A program made the translations under genes and the position numbers. DNA of 20,567 bases from Deltaproteobacteria bacterium. Lineage in GTDB: Bacteria > CG2-30-53-67. Below, piece by piece: positions 8,437 to 17,470 of the stretch. Each line of letters opens with the position of its first letter. Positions within the stretch are counted from its first letter, which is position 1. Below the pieces are notes generated by a model. That model was not told where the DNA came from, did no database searches, and worked only from the letters and a program-made list of their open reading frames with translations. Location of the stretch: the NCBI GenBank assembly GCA_013151235.1, contig JAADIO010000035.1, positions 62,001 to 82,567 of the forward strand, given 5' to 3'.

Positions 8437-9726
8437 ATGAAAAACTTCCTATGCGTCCTGATCCTCGCAGCAGGATTTCTGTTCCTGCCTGTTTCTGCGT
8501 TTTCCGATGAGAGCGTCGCCTACCACATCGAAATCGACGGTGTCATCAATCCCGTCGCTATGGACTTCATCAAAAAGGCCATCCTGAAGACCGAGAAGGA
8601 GCAGGCCGAATGCCTGATTCTGGAACTCGACACACCGGGCGGGTTGGGAGAATCGATGCGGGAGATCGTCAAAGCCATGTTAAGCGCCACAATCCCCGTG
8701 ATCGTCTACGTGGCCCCCAACGGAGCGAGGGCCGCATCGGCGGGGGTCTTTATTACCCTGGCCGCCCATGTGGCCGCCATGGCGCCGGGAACTCATATCG
8801 GGGCCGCCCATCCCGTCAAGGCAGGCGGAGGATCGATGGGAAAAGAGATGGCACGGAAAGTGGAAAACGATTTTGCCGCCTATATCCGATCCCTGGCAGG
8901 ACAGCACGGACGGAATGCGGAGTGGGCGGAAAAGGCGGTCCGGGAGAGCGTTTCCATTACGGCATCGGCCGCCCTGAAACTGAACGTCATCGATCTCATC
9001 GCGAAAGACCTTCCCGATCTGCTGACCAAGATCGACGGCCGGAAGATCACGGTCAACGGAAAGCCATATACGCTGGACACAAGAGGGATCAAGGTCCGCG
9101 AGATCCACCGGGGCATGCGGTACCACATCCTGGATACCCTCTCCAATCCGAACGTCGCCTACATCCTGATGATCCTCGGTTTCTACGGTCTCTTTTTCGA
9201 GATCGCCAATCCCGGCGCCATCCTTCCCGGCGTGGTCGGGGGGATCAGCCTGATCCTTGCCTTCTACGCATTCCAGTCCCTGCCGATCAACTACGCGGGA
9301 CTTCTCCTGATTCTTCTTGCGCTCATCCTCTTCGTGGCGGAGGCACTGGTCATCAGTCACGGAGTTCTTGCAATCGGAGGGATTGTCGCCATGACCTTAG
9401 GTTCTTTCATGCTGATTGAATCGCCCCTTCCTTTCCTCCGGATCTCCCTTTCCGTCATTCTTCCGACCGTGGCGCTCACCGCTCTCTTTTTCCTGATGAT
9501 CGTCGGCTTGGCCGTCAAGGTCCACAGGAAGAAGCATGCCTCCGGACCGGAGGCCCTCATCGGCGAAACAGGCAAGGCGGAGACCGATCTCGACCCGGAG
9601 GGAACGGTCTTCCTCCACAGCGAACTGTGGCAGGCCGTCGCCTTCGAACGGATCGAGAAGGGAACGAATATAGAGGTGACCGGCCTTCAGGGACTGGTCC
9701 TCAAGGTACGGCGGAAAGAGCCATAG
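8437..9726 (+). CDS. nfeD: NfeD long form: membrane-bound ClpP-class serine protease (stomatin operon partner)
   Basis: AGGAGG SD before ATG 8437, signal peptide, LDTPGG, AASAG (catalytic Ser), IGAAHPV, a membrane domain, and a C-terminal OB fold (G.V...ELWQA). Located directly upstream of an SPFH gene. Confidence 0.93.
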   Translation: MKNFLCVLILAAGFLFLPVSAFSDESVAYHIEIDGVINPVAMDFIKKAILKTEKEQAECLILELDTPGGLGESMREIVKAMLSATIPVIVYVAPNGARAASAGVFITLAAHVAAMAPGTHIGAAHPVKAGGGSMGKEMARKVENDFAAYIRSLAGQHGRNAEWAEKAVRESVSITASAALKLNVIDLIAKDLPDLLTKIDGRKITVNGKPYTLDTRGIKVREIHRGMRYHILDTLSNPNVAYILMILGFYGLFFEIANPGAILPGVVGGISLILAFYAFQSLPINYAGLLLILLALILFVAEALVISHGVLAIGGIVAMTLGSFMLIESPLPFLRISLSVILPTVALTALFFLMIVGLAVKVHRKKHASGPEALIGETGKAETDLDPEGTVFLHSELWQAVAFERIEKGTNIEVTGLQGLVLKVRRKEP

Positions 9727-9748
9727 AAACCCGAAAAGGAGACCCATC

Positions 9749-10534
9749 ATGATCATGCAAATGCTCCCCTTGATTGTCATCATCGCCTTTGTCCTCTTTT
9801 CCATCATCAAGGTCGTCCGGGAATACGACCGGGCCGTGGTCTTTCGGCTGGGACGTTTCCACGCCGTCAAGGGACCGGGATTAATCGTCCTGATCCCTTT
9901 GATCGACCGGATGGTCCGCGTCTCCCTCCGGACCGTCACCATGGATGTTGATCCCCAGGATGTCATCACCCGGGACAACGTTTCCATGAAGGTTAATGCC
10001 GTCCTTTACTTCCGGGTCCTCCAGGCGGACAAGGCAATCATCGAGGTAGAAGACTATCTCTACGCTACCTCCCAGTTGGCCCAGACCACGCTCCGGAGCA
10101 TCATGGGACAAGCGGAGCTCGACGAGATCCTCTCGGAACGGGACAAGATCAACCATGAACTTCAGCATGTCCTCGACAAGCAAACCGACGCATGGGGAAT
10201 CAAGGTCTCGCTCGTCGAGGTCAAGCATATAGATCTGCCCCAGGAGATGCAGCGGGCCATGGCCCGGCAGGCCGAAGCCGAGCGGGAACGGCGCTACAAG
10301 GTGATCCATGCCGAAGGGGAGTATCAGGCGGCCACAAAACTTTCCGACGCATCCATCATCATCGAAAAACACCCGATCGCCCTCCAACTCCGCTACCTCC
10401 AGACCCTAAGTGAGATCGGTACGGAAAACAACTCCACGATTCTCTTTCCAATCCCGATCGATCTTCTGACCCCCTTTCTCCGGCAGGGGAAGAAAAAAGG
10501 GGGGGAGAGCACGGATGAACTGCCGCAAACATAA
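9749..10534 (+). CDS. SPFH/band 7 stomatin-like (slipin) protein
   Basis: N-terminal [66 protein letters not shown]. Confidence 0.95.
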   Translation: MIMQMLPLIVIIAFVLFSIIKVVREYDRAVVFRLGRFHAVKGPGLIVLIPLIDRMVRVSLRTVTMDVDPQDVITRDNVSMKVNAVLYFRVLQADKAIIEVEDYLYATSQLAQTTLRSIMGQAELDEILSERDKINHELQHVLDKQTDAWGIKVSLVEVKHIDLPQEMQRAMARQAEAERERRYKVIHAEGEYQAATKLSDASIIIEKHPIALQLRYLQTLSEIGTENNSTILFPIPIDLLTPFLRQGKKKGGESTDELPQT

Positions 10535-10564
10535 AGAGAAAACAAGAAGGAGTGATCCCGCACC

Positions 10565-12604
10565 ATGACCGCAAACGTTCGACATCTCTCCGTCTGTCCC
10601 CTCGACTGTCCCGACACCTGCGGCCTGATCGTCAACATCGAGCAGGGACGGGTCGTCTCTCTCGCGGGGAACCCGGCCCACCCCTACACGCAGGGCTATA
10701 TCTGCGGCAAGATGCGCCGTTACCCGGAAAAGATCTACTCCCCCGGGCGAATCATGACCCCGCTGCGGCGGACCGGTCCGAAGGGTTCAGGCACCTTCGA
10801 GCCGATCTCCTGGGACGACGCCCTCGACGAAATTCATGACCGCTTTCAGGCAATCATTGACCGATACGGCGCCGAGGCGATCCTTCCCTACTCCTATTCG
10901 GGGACGATGGGACTGATCCAGCGAAACGCCGGGCATCCTTTCTTTTACAAACTGGGTGCGAGCCGCCTCGATCGGACGATCTGCTCCAGCACGGCCGAGG
11001 CTGGATGGGACTATGCCGCAGGACGCGGGATCAGCCACGATCCCGAAGGGATGGCGGATTCCGACCTGATCCTCCTTTGGGGAATTAATGCCGCCTCCAC
11101 GAATTTGCATATCCTCCCCTTCGTAAAGGCGGCCCGGTCCAAAGGCGCCCCCCTCATCGTCATCGATCCGTACCGGAACCGGACGGCGAAAATGGCCGAC
11201 CGGCACCTCATGCTGAAACCGGGGACCGACACGGCCCTGGCCCTCGGGATCATGCATCTCCTGATCGCAGAGGGATGGATCGACCGGAATTATATTGACG
11301 GGATGACCCTCGGGTTCGATGCCCTCCGAGATCAAGTACGGGATTTTCCCCCGCGGCGAACGGCAAAAATCACCGGCCTGACGGAAACAGAAATCCGGGA
11401 TCTGGCTCAATCCTACGGGGAGGCCGACGCCCCCTTCATACGCCTCGGCATGGGAATGTCCCGGCAACGGGGAGGCGGAATGGCGATCCGGAGCGTGGCC
11501 TGTCTCCCGGCCCTGACGGGAGCCTTTGCAAAACGGGGCGGGGGGATCACCCTCATGACCGGATCCTATTTTGAACTCGACATGGAGGCGGTACAGGGAG
11601 AAGCACTACTGGCCGGTCGAACCCCCAGGACCTTCAATATGATTCATCTTGGTCGAATCCTCACGGAGCCGCAGGGACCCCCGGTCAAGGGGCTCTTTAT
11701 CTATCACTCCAACCCGGCGGCAACAGCACCGCGGCAGGGCAAGGTGATGGAAGGACTCCGCCGGGAGGACCTTTTCACCATCGTTCATGAACAGGTCCGG
11801 ACGGATACCGTAGATTACGCAGACCTCGTGCTTCCGGCCACCACCTTTCTGGAACATACCGACCTCTATAAGAGCTACGGCCACTGCTACCTGCAGTATG
11901 CCGCCTCGGCCCTGCCTCCCGTGGGAGAGTCAAAATCGAACCGGGAACTCTTTCGTCTTCTGGCCGACCGATTCGGTTTTACGGACCCCTTCTTTTCACG
12001 CACCACCGACGAAATCATCGAAGAACTGATCGCTCCTCCATCGTCTTTTCGAAACGGTATTAACCTTGCTCTCCTGAAGGAGAAAGGGTTCGCCCGTCTG
12101 AACGTTGACCGCGGCGGCAATCCCTTCGAAAACGGGTTCTTTACCCCCTCGGGAAAATTCGAGTTCTATTCGGAATCGATGAAAAAGTCCGGCCTTCCCC
12201 CCCTGCCGGACTACCGGCCGCCGGAGCCGGAGGAACGGACACGCTATCCCCTGATCCTCATAACCCCGCCGGCGCATCACTTTCTGAACAGCACCTTCAG
12301 CGGCATCGAATCGATCCGTATTCTGGAGAAGGAACCGTCCCTCTGGATCCATCCCGACGATGCGGAAGCACGCGGGATTCATAACGGAGATCCGATCCGT
12401 CTTTTCAACGATGAAGGAGAATGTTCCCTTCCCGCCCGGGTCACAGGAGAAACGGGGCGAGGGGTGGTTGTCGCCGAATCGGTCTGGTGGCCCAAGTCGA
12501 TGCAAGACAACATCGGGATCAACGCCCTCGTCTCCGATGAAGAGGCCGATATGGGGGGCGGCCCGGCCTTTCACTACAGCCCGGTGGAGGTCATACGGCA
12601 ATAG
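10565..12604 (+). CDS. Cytoplasmic Mo/W-bis-PGD (DMSO reductase superfamily) oxidoreductase, uncharacterised YoaE/YyaE-like subfamily
   Basis: N-terminal Fe-S motif CPLDCPDTC-X27-CGK, PLRRTGPKG...ISWDDAL, TICS candidate Cys ligand, VIDPYR, PGTD, TVDYADLVLPA, and C-terminal molybdopterin-binding domain (HHFLNSTF, IHPDDA). No signal peptide. AGGAG SD. Confidence 0.9.
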   Translation: MTANVRHLSVCPLDCPDTCGLIVNIEQGRVVSLAGNPAHPYTQGYICGKMRRYPEKIYSPGRIMTPLRRTGPKGSGTFEPISWDDALDEIHDRFQAIIDRYGAEAILPYSYSGTMGLIQRNAGHPFFYKLGASRLDRTICSSTAEAGWDYAAGRGISHDPEGMADSDLILLWGINAASTNLHILPFVKAARSKGAPLIVIDPYRNRTAKMADRHLMLKPGTDTALALGIMHLLIAEGWIDRNYIDGMTLGFDALRDQVRDFPPRRTAKITGLTETEIRDLAQSYGEADAPFIRLGMGMSRQRGGGMAIRSVACLPALTGAFAKRGGGITLMTGSYFELDMEAVQGEALLAGRTPRTFNMIHLGRILTEPQGPPVKGLFIYHSNPAATAPRQGKVMEGLRREDLFTIVHEQVRTDTVDYADLVLPATTFLEHTDLYKSYGHCYLQYAASALPPVGESKSNRELFRLLADRFGFTDPFFSRTTDEIIEELIAPPSSFRNGINLALLKEKGFARLNVDRGGNPFENGFFTPSGKFEFYSESMKKSGLPPLPDYRPPEPEERTRYPLILITPPAHHFLNSTFSGIESIRILEKEPSLWIHPDDAEARGIHNGDPIRLFNDEGECSLPARVTGETGRGVVVAESVWWPKSMQDNIGINALVSDEEADMGGGPAFHYSPVEVIRQ

Positions 12605-12664
12605 ATCCTCTCCCCTGCCGGATTCTCTGTCCCCCGAAGATCACCCGGTGTGGTTTTCATGCAG

Positions 12665-12693
12665 TTGCAAAATTCACACATCTACTTTATAGT
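12665..12693 (+). promoter_or_regulatory. Putative sigma70 promoter of the ACIII cluster
   Basis: TTGCAA-17 nt-TATAGT in an AT-rich intergenic region about 95 nt upstream of ATG 12789. Confidence 0.6.
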
Positions 12694-12788
12694 ACTCCTC
12701 ATAATCCTCACGGCTTTCGTTTGATCCCTGTATTTTCTTTAAACGGACGAAGACACATAAGGATCGCACAATCGTTGAGAGATGGTTT

Positions 12789-14051
12789 ATGACGGAGCTT
12801 CTCGGGAAACTGATTCTTCACTCTTCTCCGGCCTTTTGGCAGATTATTCGTTATATCCTGTTCGGAGCAACACTCACCTTCTTCGCCACAGCCGGACTTG
12901 CTCTCGGAGGATCGATTCTTTCCGTCACCGCATTTCTGTCCGACCCGAAGGGAACGGCATCCTTTTCCCGCACTCTCTCACAGCATCTCATGGAAGCGTC
13001 CCTCTTCAATCCCTGTTCCCTGATGCTCCTGATCCTTCTTCCACTCTTGACGGCCGGACTGATTTCAACTTCCCTTTTTCACCTGACTCTGAAATTGGGC
13101 TCAAACCTCTGGCCCGGGATCCTGCTCCTCGCCTTTTCCGCATCGATCCTTCTCCTCCTCTACGGGCTACAGACTTCTTCCGGACATTTCTCCACTGCCG
13201 GGCGTCTTTTAACCGGAGCAGGCGGGACGGCGCTGCTCCTTCTCTGCTACCTGATGGTCATTGTCCAGACGGGAAGTTACATGAACACGGAGCTGTGGCG
13301 GTACTCGGATCGGCCTCTGACCTTCTTTCCGACCTGGAACAACTGCGCCCGGATCACCCTCTATCTTCTTCTCGCACTGGCCATCACCGGGGCCCGGCTT
13401 CTTCAAAACGCAAGGGCAACAGAGGCGGACGGCCGCATCCGGAATACCGCACGGGGAATCACACTGGCTGCACTCCTTTTTCTGGCGCCCTTTGTCACCG
13501 CCGACCTGTATACCCTCCCGGTGGCGGCCCTGCGAAGAGCGGACTATCTCCTGGGAGGCACCGCCCTTCTCCTCTCCTGGGGAGCCGGGATGATCCTGAT
13601 AGAATCTTTCCGCAGGGATCATCCGCGCACCGGCACGGTGGTCCTCGTCCTGGTCCTTCTCAGTTTAACGGCAACGGTCACCCTCGACGATCTCGGCCGG
13701 GAGCAAGCCACGACAGAAAAGATGGCCCTGCTGCAGCAAGTAACGGCGGTAGAGAAACAAGTTGCGGTACCGGCGCCCGTTGAACAAAAGAACGCCCTCT
13801 ATGCCGCCGGCGAGGCGATCTACAACAGGACCTGTTCCGCCTGTCACCGTTTCGACACCCGGCTGGTGGGGCCTCCTTACAACAACGTGATCCCGAAGTA
13901 CCGGGGAAAGATTGAAGAACTGAAGTCCTTCATCCGTACCCCGGTCCAGCGCAACCCCGGCTACCCGGCCATGCCGAAACTCGGCCTCAAAGAGGAGGAG
14001 ATCAACGCCGTGGCGTACTTCCTTCTTGAAAAAACAGGGGGCGGGCAATGA
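12789..14051 (+). CDS. Polytopic membrane protein with C-terminal class I monoheme cytochrome c domain
   Basis: About 8 hydrophobic segments in the first ~300 aa, then GEAIYNRTCSACH...LVGP...YPAMP (CxxCH plus a distal Met candidate). The stop overlaps the actA start (ATGA). Confidence 0.85.
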   Translation: MTELLGKLILHSSPAFWQIIRYILFGATLTFFATAGLALGGSILSVTAFLSDPKGTASFSRTLSQHLMEASLFNPCSLMLLILLPLLTAGLISTSLFHLTLKLGSNLWPGILLLAFSASILLLLYGLQTSSGHFSTAGRLLTGAGGTALLLLCYLMVIVQTGSYMNTELWRYSDRPLTFFPTWNNCARITLYLLLALAITGARLLQNARATEADGRIRNTARGITLAALLFLAPFVTADLYTLPVAALRRADYLLGGTALLLSWGAGMILIESFRRDHPRTGTVVLVLVLLSLTATVTLDDLGREQATTEKMALLQQVTAVEKQVAVPAPVEQKNALYAAGEAIYNRTCSACHRFDTRLVGPPYNNVIPKYRGKIEELKSFIRTPVQRNPGYPAMPKLGLKEEEINAVAYFLLEKTGGGQ

Positions 14052-14560
14052 TGATCCGGATCCTGCAGCTCCTGATCACAGGCTATTTCGGAATCTTTCT
14101 GCTCCTTGCGACCGGACTGGGTGTGGGATGGAGCCGGATGAATCTCTCGCCCGAACAGCCGATCGCCTTTCCCCATACCATCCACGCAGGCCGGCTGGGG
14201 CTTCCCTGCAACTTCTGCCATCTTTATGTGCGACGCGGGAAACAGGCGACCGTGCCGCCGATTTCGGTCTGCATGTCGTGCCACAAAAACATTGCGGTGG
14301 ACCGGCCGGAGATCGTCAAACTGACCGGCTACTATGAGCGGGGAGAACCGATCGCCTGGAACCGGATCTACAAGGTCCCCCCTTTTGTCTATTTCACCCA
14401 CAAACGTCACATCAAGGCGGGGATCGACTGTTCCGCCTGTCACGGTGAGGTCCGGGCCATGAAGCGGGTCCGGCGGGTCCGCTCCCTGAAAATGGGGTTC
14501 TGTGTCACCTGCCACAAAAGCAAGGGGGCGCCGCGGGATTGCGCGACCTGTCATAAATAG
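14048..14560 (+). CDS. actA: Alternative complex III pentaheme cytochrome c subunit ActA
   Basis: N-terminal TM, EQPIAFPHTIH, five CxxCH motifs (CNFCH, CMSCH, CSACH, CVTCH, CATCH), VYFTHKRH and LKMGFC. Upstream of actB. Confidence 0.88.
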   Translation: MMIRILQLLITGYFGIFLLLATGLGVGWSRMNLSPEQPIAFPHTIHAGRLGLPCNFCHLYVRRGKQATVPPISVCMSCHKNIAVDRPEIVKLTGYYERGEPIAWNRIYKVPPFVYFTHKRHIKAGIDCSACHGEVRAMKRVRRVRSLKMGFCVTCHKSKGAPRDCATCHK

Positions 14561-14590
14561 ATGAAAAATAAAAAACACAAAAAGATGATC

Positions 14591-14682
14591 TCACCGCAGA
14601 GACTCAGAGAAAAGACAAAGAATTTTTCCTGTCTTCCTTTGCGTGCTCTGCGTCTTGAGTGAGCGCAACGAACGGGCGGTGA
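14591..14682. repeat. Structured intergenic inverted-repeat element (REP/MITE-like)
   Basis: Terminal arms TCACCGC (14591-14597) and GCGGTGA (14676-14682), with internal pairings AGACTCAGAG/CTCTGCGTCT and AAGACA/TGTCTT. The left arm resembles 20239-20265. Confidence 0.6.
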
Positions 14683-14685
14683 TTA

Positions 14686-17454
14686 ATGATGAAACGACGT
14701 GATTTTTTAAAGGCCGCAGGCGCCCTGTCGAGCGCCTCCATGCTTTCCGCCTGCGGGAAGAAGGGCGAGCCGGAAAAGCTGATCTCCTACCTCGTCCCGC
14801 CCGAAGAGGGGGTCATCCCCGGCGAGGCGGTCTTCACCCCTTCAACTTGTACGGAATGCCCGGCACACTGCGGTCTCCGGGTAAAAACCATTGACGGTTT
14901 TCCCCGGAAGCTGGAAGGGAATCCCGGTCATCCCGTCAATCATGGAGCCCTCTGCATGCGGGGGCAGGCCGCCCTTTTCCGCCTCTACCATCCCGACCGG
15001 ATCCGCACCCCACTGATCAGGGATGCGGGCGGCGATTTTCAACCGATCCCCTGGGAGAAGGCCCTGGAGCAAATCACTACCGCCCTGCGCGGACCTGGGA
15101 AAAAGAAACATCTCTATCTTTCCGGCAGAACCACGGGGACCCTCGTCACGATGATCGATAAATTCTGCAAAACCGCCGGCATCGAAAGAGCCCCCGAGTT
15201 CGAACCCTACTCCCACGGTGCCCTCCGCACGGCCTATGGAAGGCTCTTCGGTACCTCCGACCTTCCCGGGTACCGGATTAAAAAGGCTGATTTTCTTCTG
15301 ACTCTGGGCGCCGATATCCTGGAGACCTTCATCACTCCCGTCTCCTTTGCCGGGCAGGTTGCCGACCGGAAGGAAGATGCATCCTTTACCTGGACACACA
15401 TCGAACCCCATGTGTCCCTCACGGGGATGAACGCAACGAATCGCCTCACCCTGCATCCCGGAAGCGAGCCGGTCCTCCTCCGTTTTCTCCTCCGCTCCAT
15501 TCTTGGAAAAAAGATAAACCCCTCACCGGATACTGAGCGGATCCTTTCCTTCCTTCCAGCCCTCACACTCCGGGAAACCACCCGAAGAACCGGCCTTGCC
15601 CGGGAACAAATCCTCCGGATAGTCAACCACTTTGCGGAGGCGAAACAACCCCTCCTGATCACCGGCGGGGTTTCTACCGGGCACGGCGACGGATTGCAGA
15701 CCGCCCTTTTGACCGTTCTGATCCAGTGGAGTTTGTCGATGAACGAAGAAGGGACTATCGATTTTTCCCGCACGGAAAACTACGGTTCGCTGGGAACCTT
15801 CTCGGACCTGATGGTTCTCATGGACGAGCTGGAGCAAAACAGAATCGGCGTCCTCTTCCTTTCCCGGGCAAATCCCATCCATGCCATGGCGCAGGAGTAT
15901 CACTTCCCGGAGAAACTTGCAAAAGCCGACCTCGTCGTCGCGTTCACCGACCTGATGGACGAGACCGCAAAAGAGGCCGACCTGATCCTGCCATTGTCGC
16001 ACCCCCTCGAGTCGTGGGGAGACGCCGAACCGCAGCGGGGAATCCATTCGCTGATCCGGCCCGCTTTGCGCAAGCAATACGACACTTTCCCGGAAGCGGA
16101 GATTCTTCTTCAACTTCAGGACAGAATCCTGGGGCGCCCGCTGAAAACAGATTACGCGGAGATCCTTCGGTCGGCATGGCACAGCCTTTTCGGTGCTGAA
16201 GGGACGGAGGCATTCATGCAGCAAGGATATCGAAAGATCCCCCTCCCGGAAAGAGAGACATTTCTCGATCTCTCCACTCTCTCATCGTCTACGTTTCAGA
16301 AAAGCCCGCAATCTCTTGAAGGACAGGTATTGATCGTCACTCCGTCGATCCGGACCTTCGATGGACGGAGCCGGCCCCTCTCCCTTCTCTACGAGGTCCC
16401 CGACCCCCTGACGACAATCACCTACGGAAAATGGGCCTCCATCGGAGAGCGGACGGCCACTTCAGCCGGCCTTACTGATAAGGACAGGATTGTCCTTAAG
16501 ACCCCCGGCGGAAAGATGACGCTTGCGGCAAAGGTTCAGCCGGGCCTGCCGGAGGGGGTACTCGTCGTCCAGCGGGATCTTTTCGAAAGCGCCCCCCTGC
16601 CGGGGAGTCCGGAGACAGGGGAAATCCTTCAAGTCTCTAAAAAAATGTTCCTTGAAAAAACCGGGGGTCCTGTGCGGATTCCGGTCCTCTCCGGGTCGAC
16701 TTCACAACACGGACGGGGGCTGATCCCCATGAAGGAGATCCATCACCACGAACGGATCAGCCTCTATCCTCCACAGGAATACGCCGGGTACCGCTGGGCC
16801 ATGGCCGTCGATCTCGACCGCTGCACAGGCTGCGCCGCCTGCGTGGCTGCCTGCTACGTCGAAAACAATGTCCCCATCGTCGGACGGGCGGAACATTTAA
16901 AGGGGCGGGAGATGTCCTGGCTCCGGATCGAGCCCTATTACAATGACGGCAGGGCCGAATTCCTTCCAATGATGTGCCAGCAGTGCGACGACGCCCCCTG
17001 CGAGACGGTTTGTCCGGTCTATGCGGCCTACCACAATCCCGAGGGACTGAACGTGCAGGTCTATAACCGCTGCGTGGGAACCCGCTACTGTTCCAACAAC
17101 TGCCCCTACAAGGTTCGCCGCTTCAACTGGTTCGAACACCGGTGGGAACCGCCTCTCGACCGGATGATCAACCCGGAGATCTTCGTCCGGTGGAAGGGGG
17201 TCATGGAGAAGTGTTCCTTCTGCATCCAGCGGATCCGGAAGGGACACGACACCGCAAAGGACAGGAAGAGAAAAATCAGGGACGGGGAGGTAATCCCCGC
17301 CTGCGGAGAGAGCTGCCCCGCCGGGGCGATCACCTTCGGGAACCTCCTCGACCGGAAGAGCCGGGTCCACCGGCTGGCCCATTCCGGCCGGGCCTACCGG
17401 GTCTTTGATGAACTCGGCACGGAACCGGCGGTCTACTACCTGCGGAAGGTCTGA
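14686..17454 (+). CDS. actB: Alternative complex III subunit ActB (molybdopterin-oxidoreductase-like domain fused to Fe-S domain), Tat lipoprotein
   Basis: KRRDFLK Tat motif and LSAC lipobox, then a MopB-like domain. C-terminal CTGCAACVAAC, CQQCDDAPCETVC, CVGTRYCSNNCPYKVRRFNW (3Fe-4S type motif of ActB) and GVMEKCSFC...PACGESC. Confidence 0.92.
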   Translation: MMKRRDFLKAAGALSSASMLSACGKKGEPEKLISYLVPPEEGVIPGEAVFTPSTCTECPAHCGLRVKTIDGFPRKLEGNPGHPVNHGALCMRGQAALFRLYHPDRIRTPLIRDAGGDFQPIPWEKALEQITTALRGPGKKKHLYLSGRTTGTLVTMIDKFCKTAGIERAPEFEPYSHGALRTAYGRLFGTSDLPGYRIKKADFLLTLGADILETFITPVSFAGQVADRKEDASFTWTHIEPHVSLTGMNATNRLTLHPGSEPVLLRFLLRSILGKKINPSPDTERILSFLPALTLRETTRRTGLAREQILRIVNHFAEAKQPLLITGGVSTGHGDGLQTALLTVLIQWSLSMNEEGTIDFSRTENYGSLGTFSDLMVLMDELEQNRIGVLFLSRANPIHAMAQEYHFPEKLAKADLVVAFTDLMDETAKEADLILPLSHPLESWGDAEPQRGIHSLIRPALRKQYDTFPEAEILLQLQDRILGRPLKTDYAEILRSAWHSLFGAEGTEAFMQQGYRKIPLPERETFLDLSTLSSSTFQKSPQSLEGQVLIVTPSIRTFDGRSRPLSLLYEVPDPLTTITYGKWASIGERTATSAGLTDKDRIVLKTPGGKMTLAAKVQPGLPEGVLVVQRDLFESAPLPGSPETGEILQVSKKMFLEKTGGPVRIPVLSGSTSQHGRGLIPMKEIHHHERISLYPPQEYAGYRWAMAVDLDRCTGCAACVAACYVENNVPIVGRAEHLKGREMSWLRIEPYYNDGRAEFLPMMCQQCDDAPCETVCPVYAAYHNPEGLNVQVYNRCVGTRYCSNNCPYKVRRFNWFEHRWEPPLDRMINPEIFVRWKGVMEKCSFCIQRIRKGHDTAKDRKRKIRDGEVIPACGESCPAGAITFGNLLDRKSRVHRLAHSGRAYRVFDELGTEPAVYYLRKV

Positions 17455-17470
17455 CGACAGGAAGAGAGCC

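Noticed and set aside
10565-12604. Selenocysteine formate dehydrogenase or nitrate reductase assignment
   Set aside because: No in-frame TGA, and no FDH (RxC/UH) or Nap/Nar-specific motifs recognised.
12782-13783. 333-aa alternative-frame ORF overlapping the membrane cytochrome
   Set aside because: Pro/Arg/Ser-rich off-frame composition. The 12789 frame carries the TM segments and the CxxCH motif.
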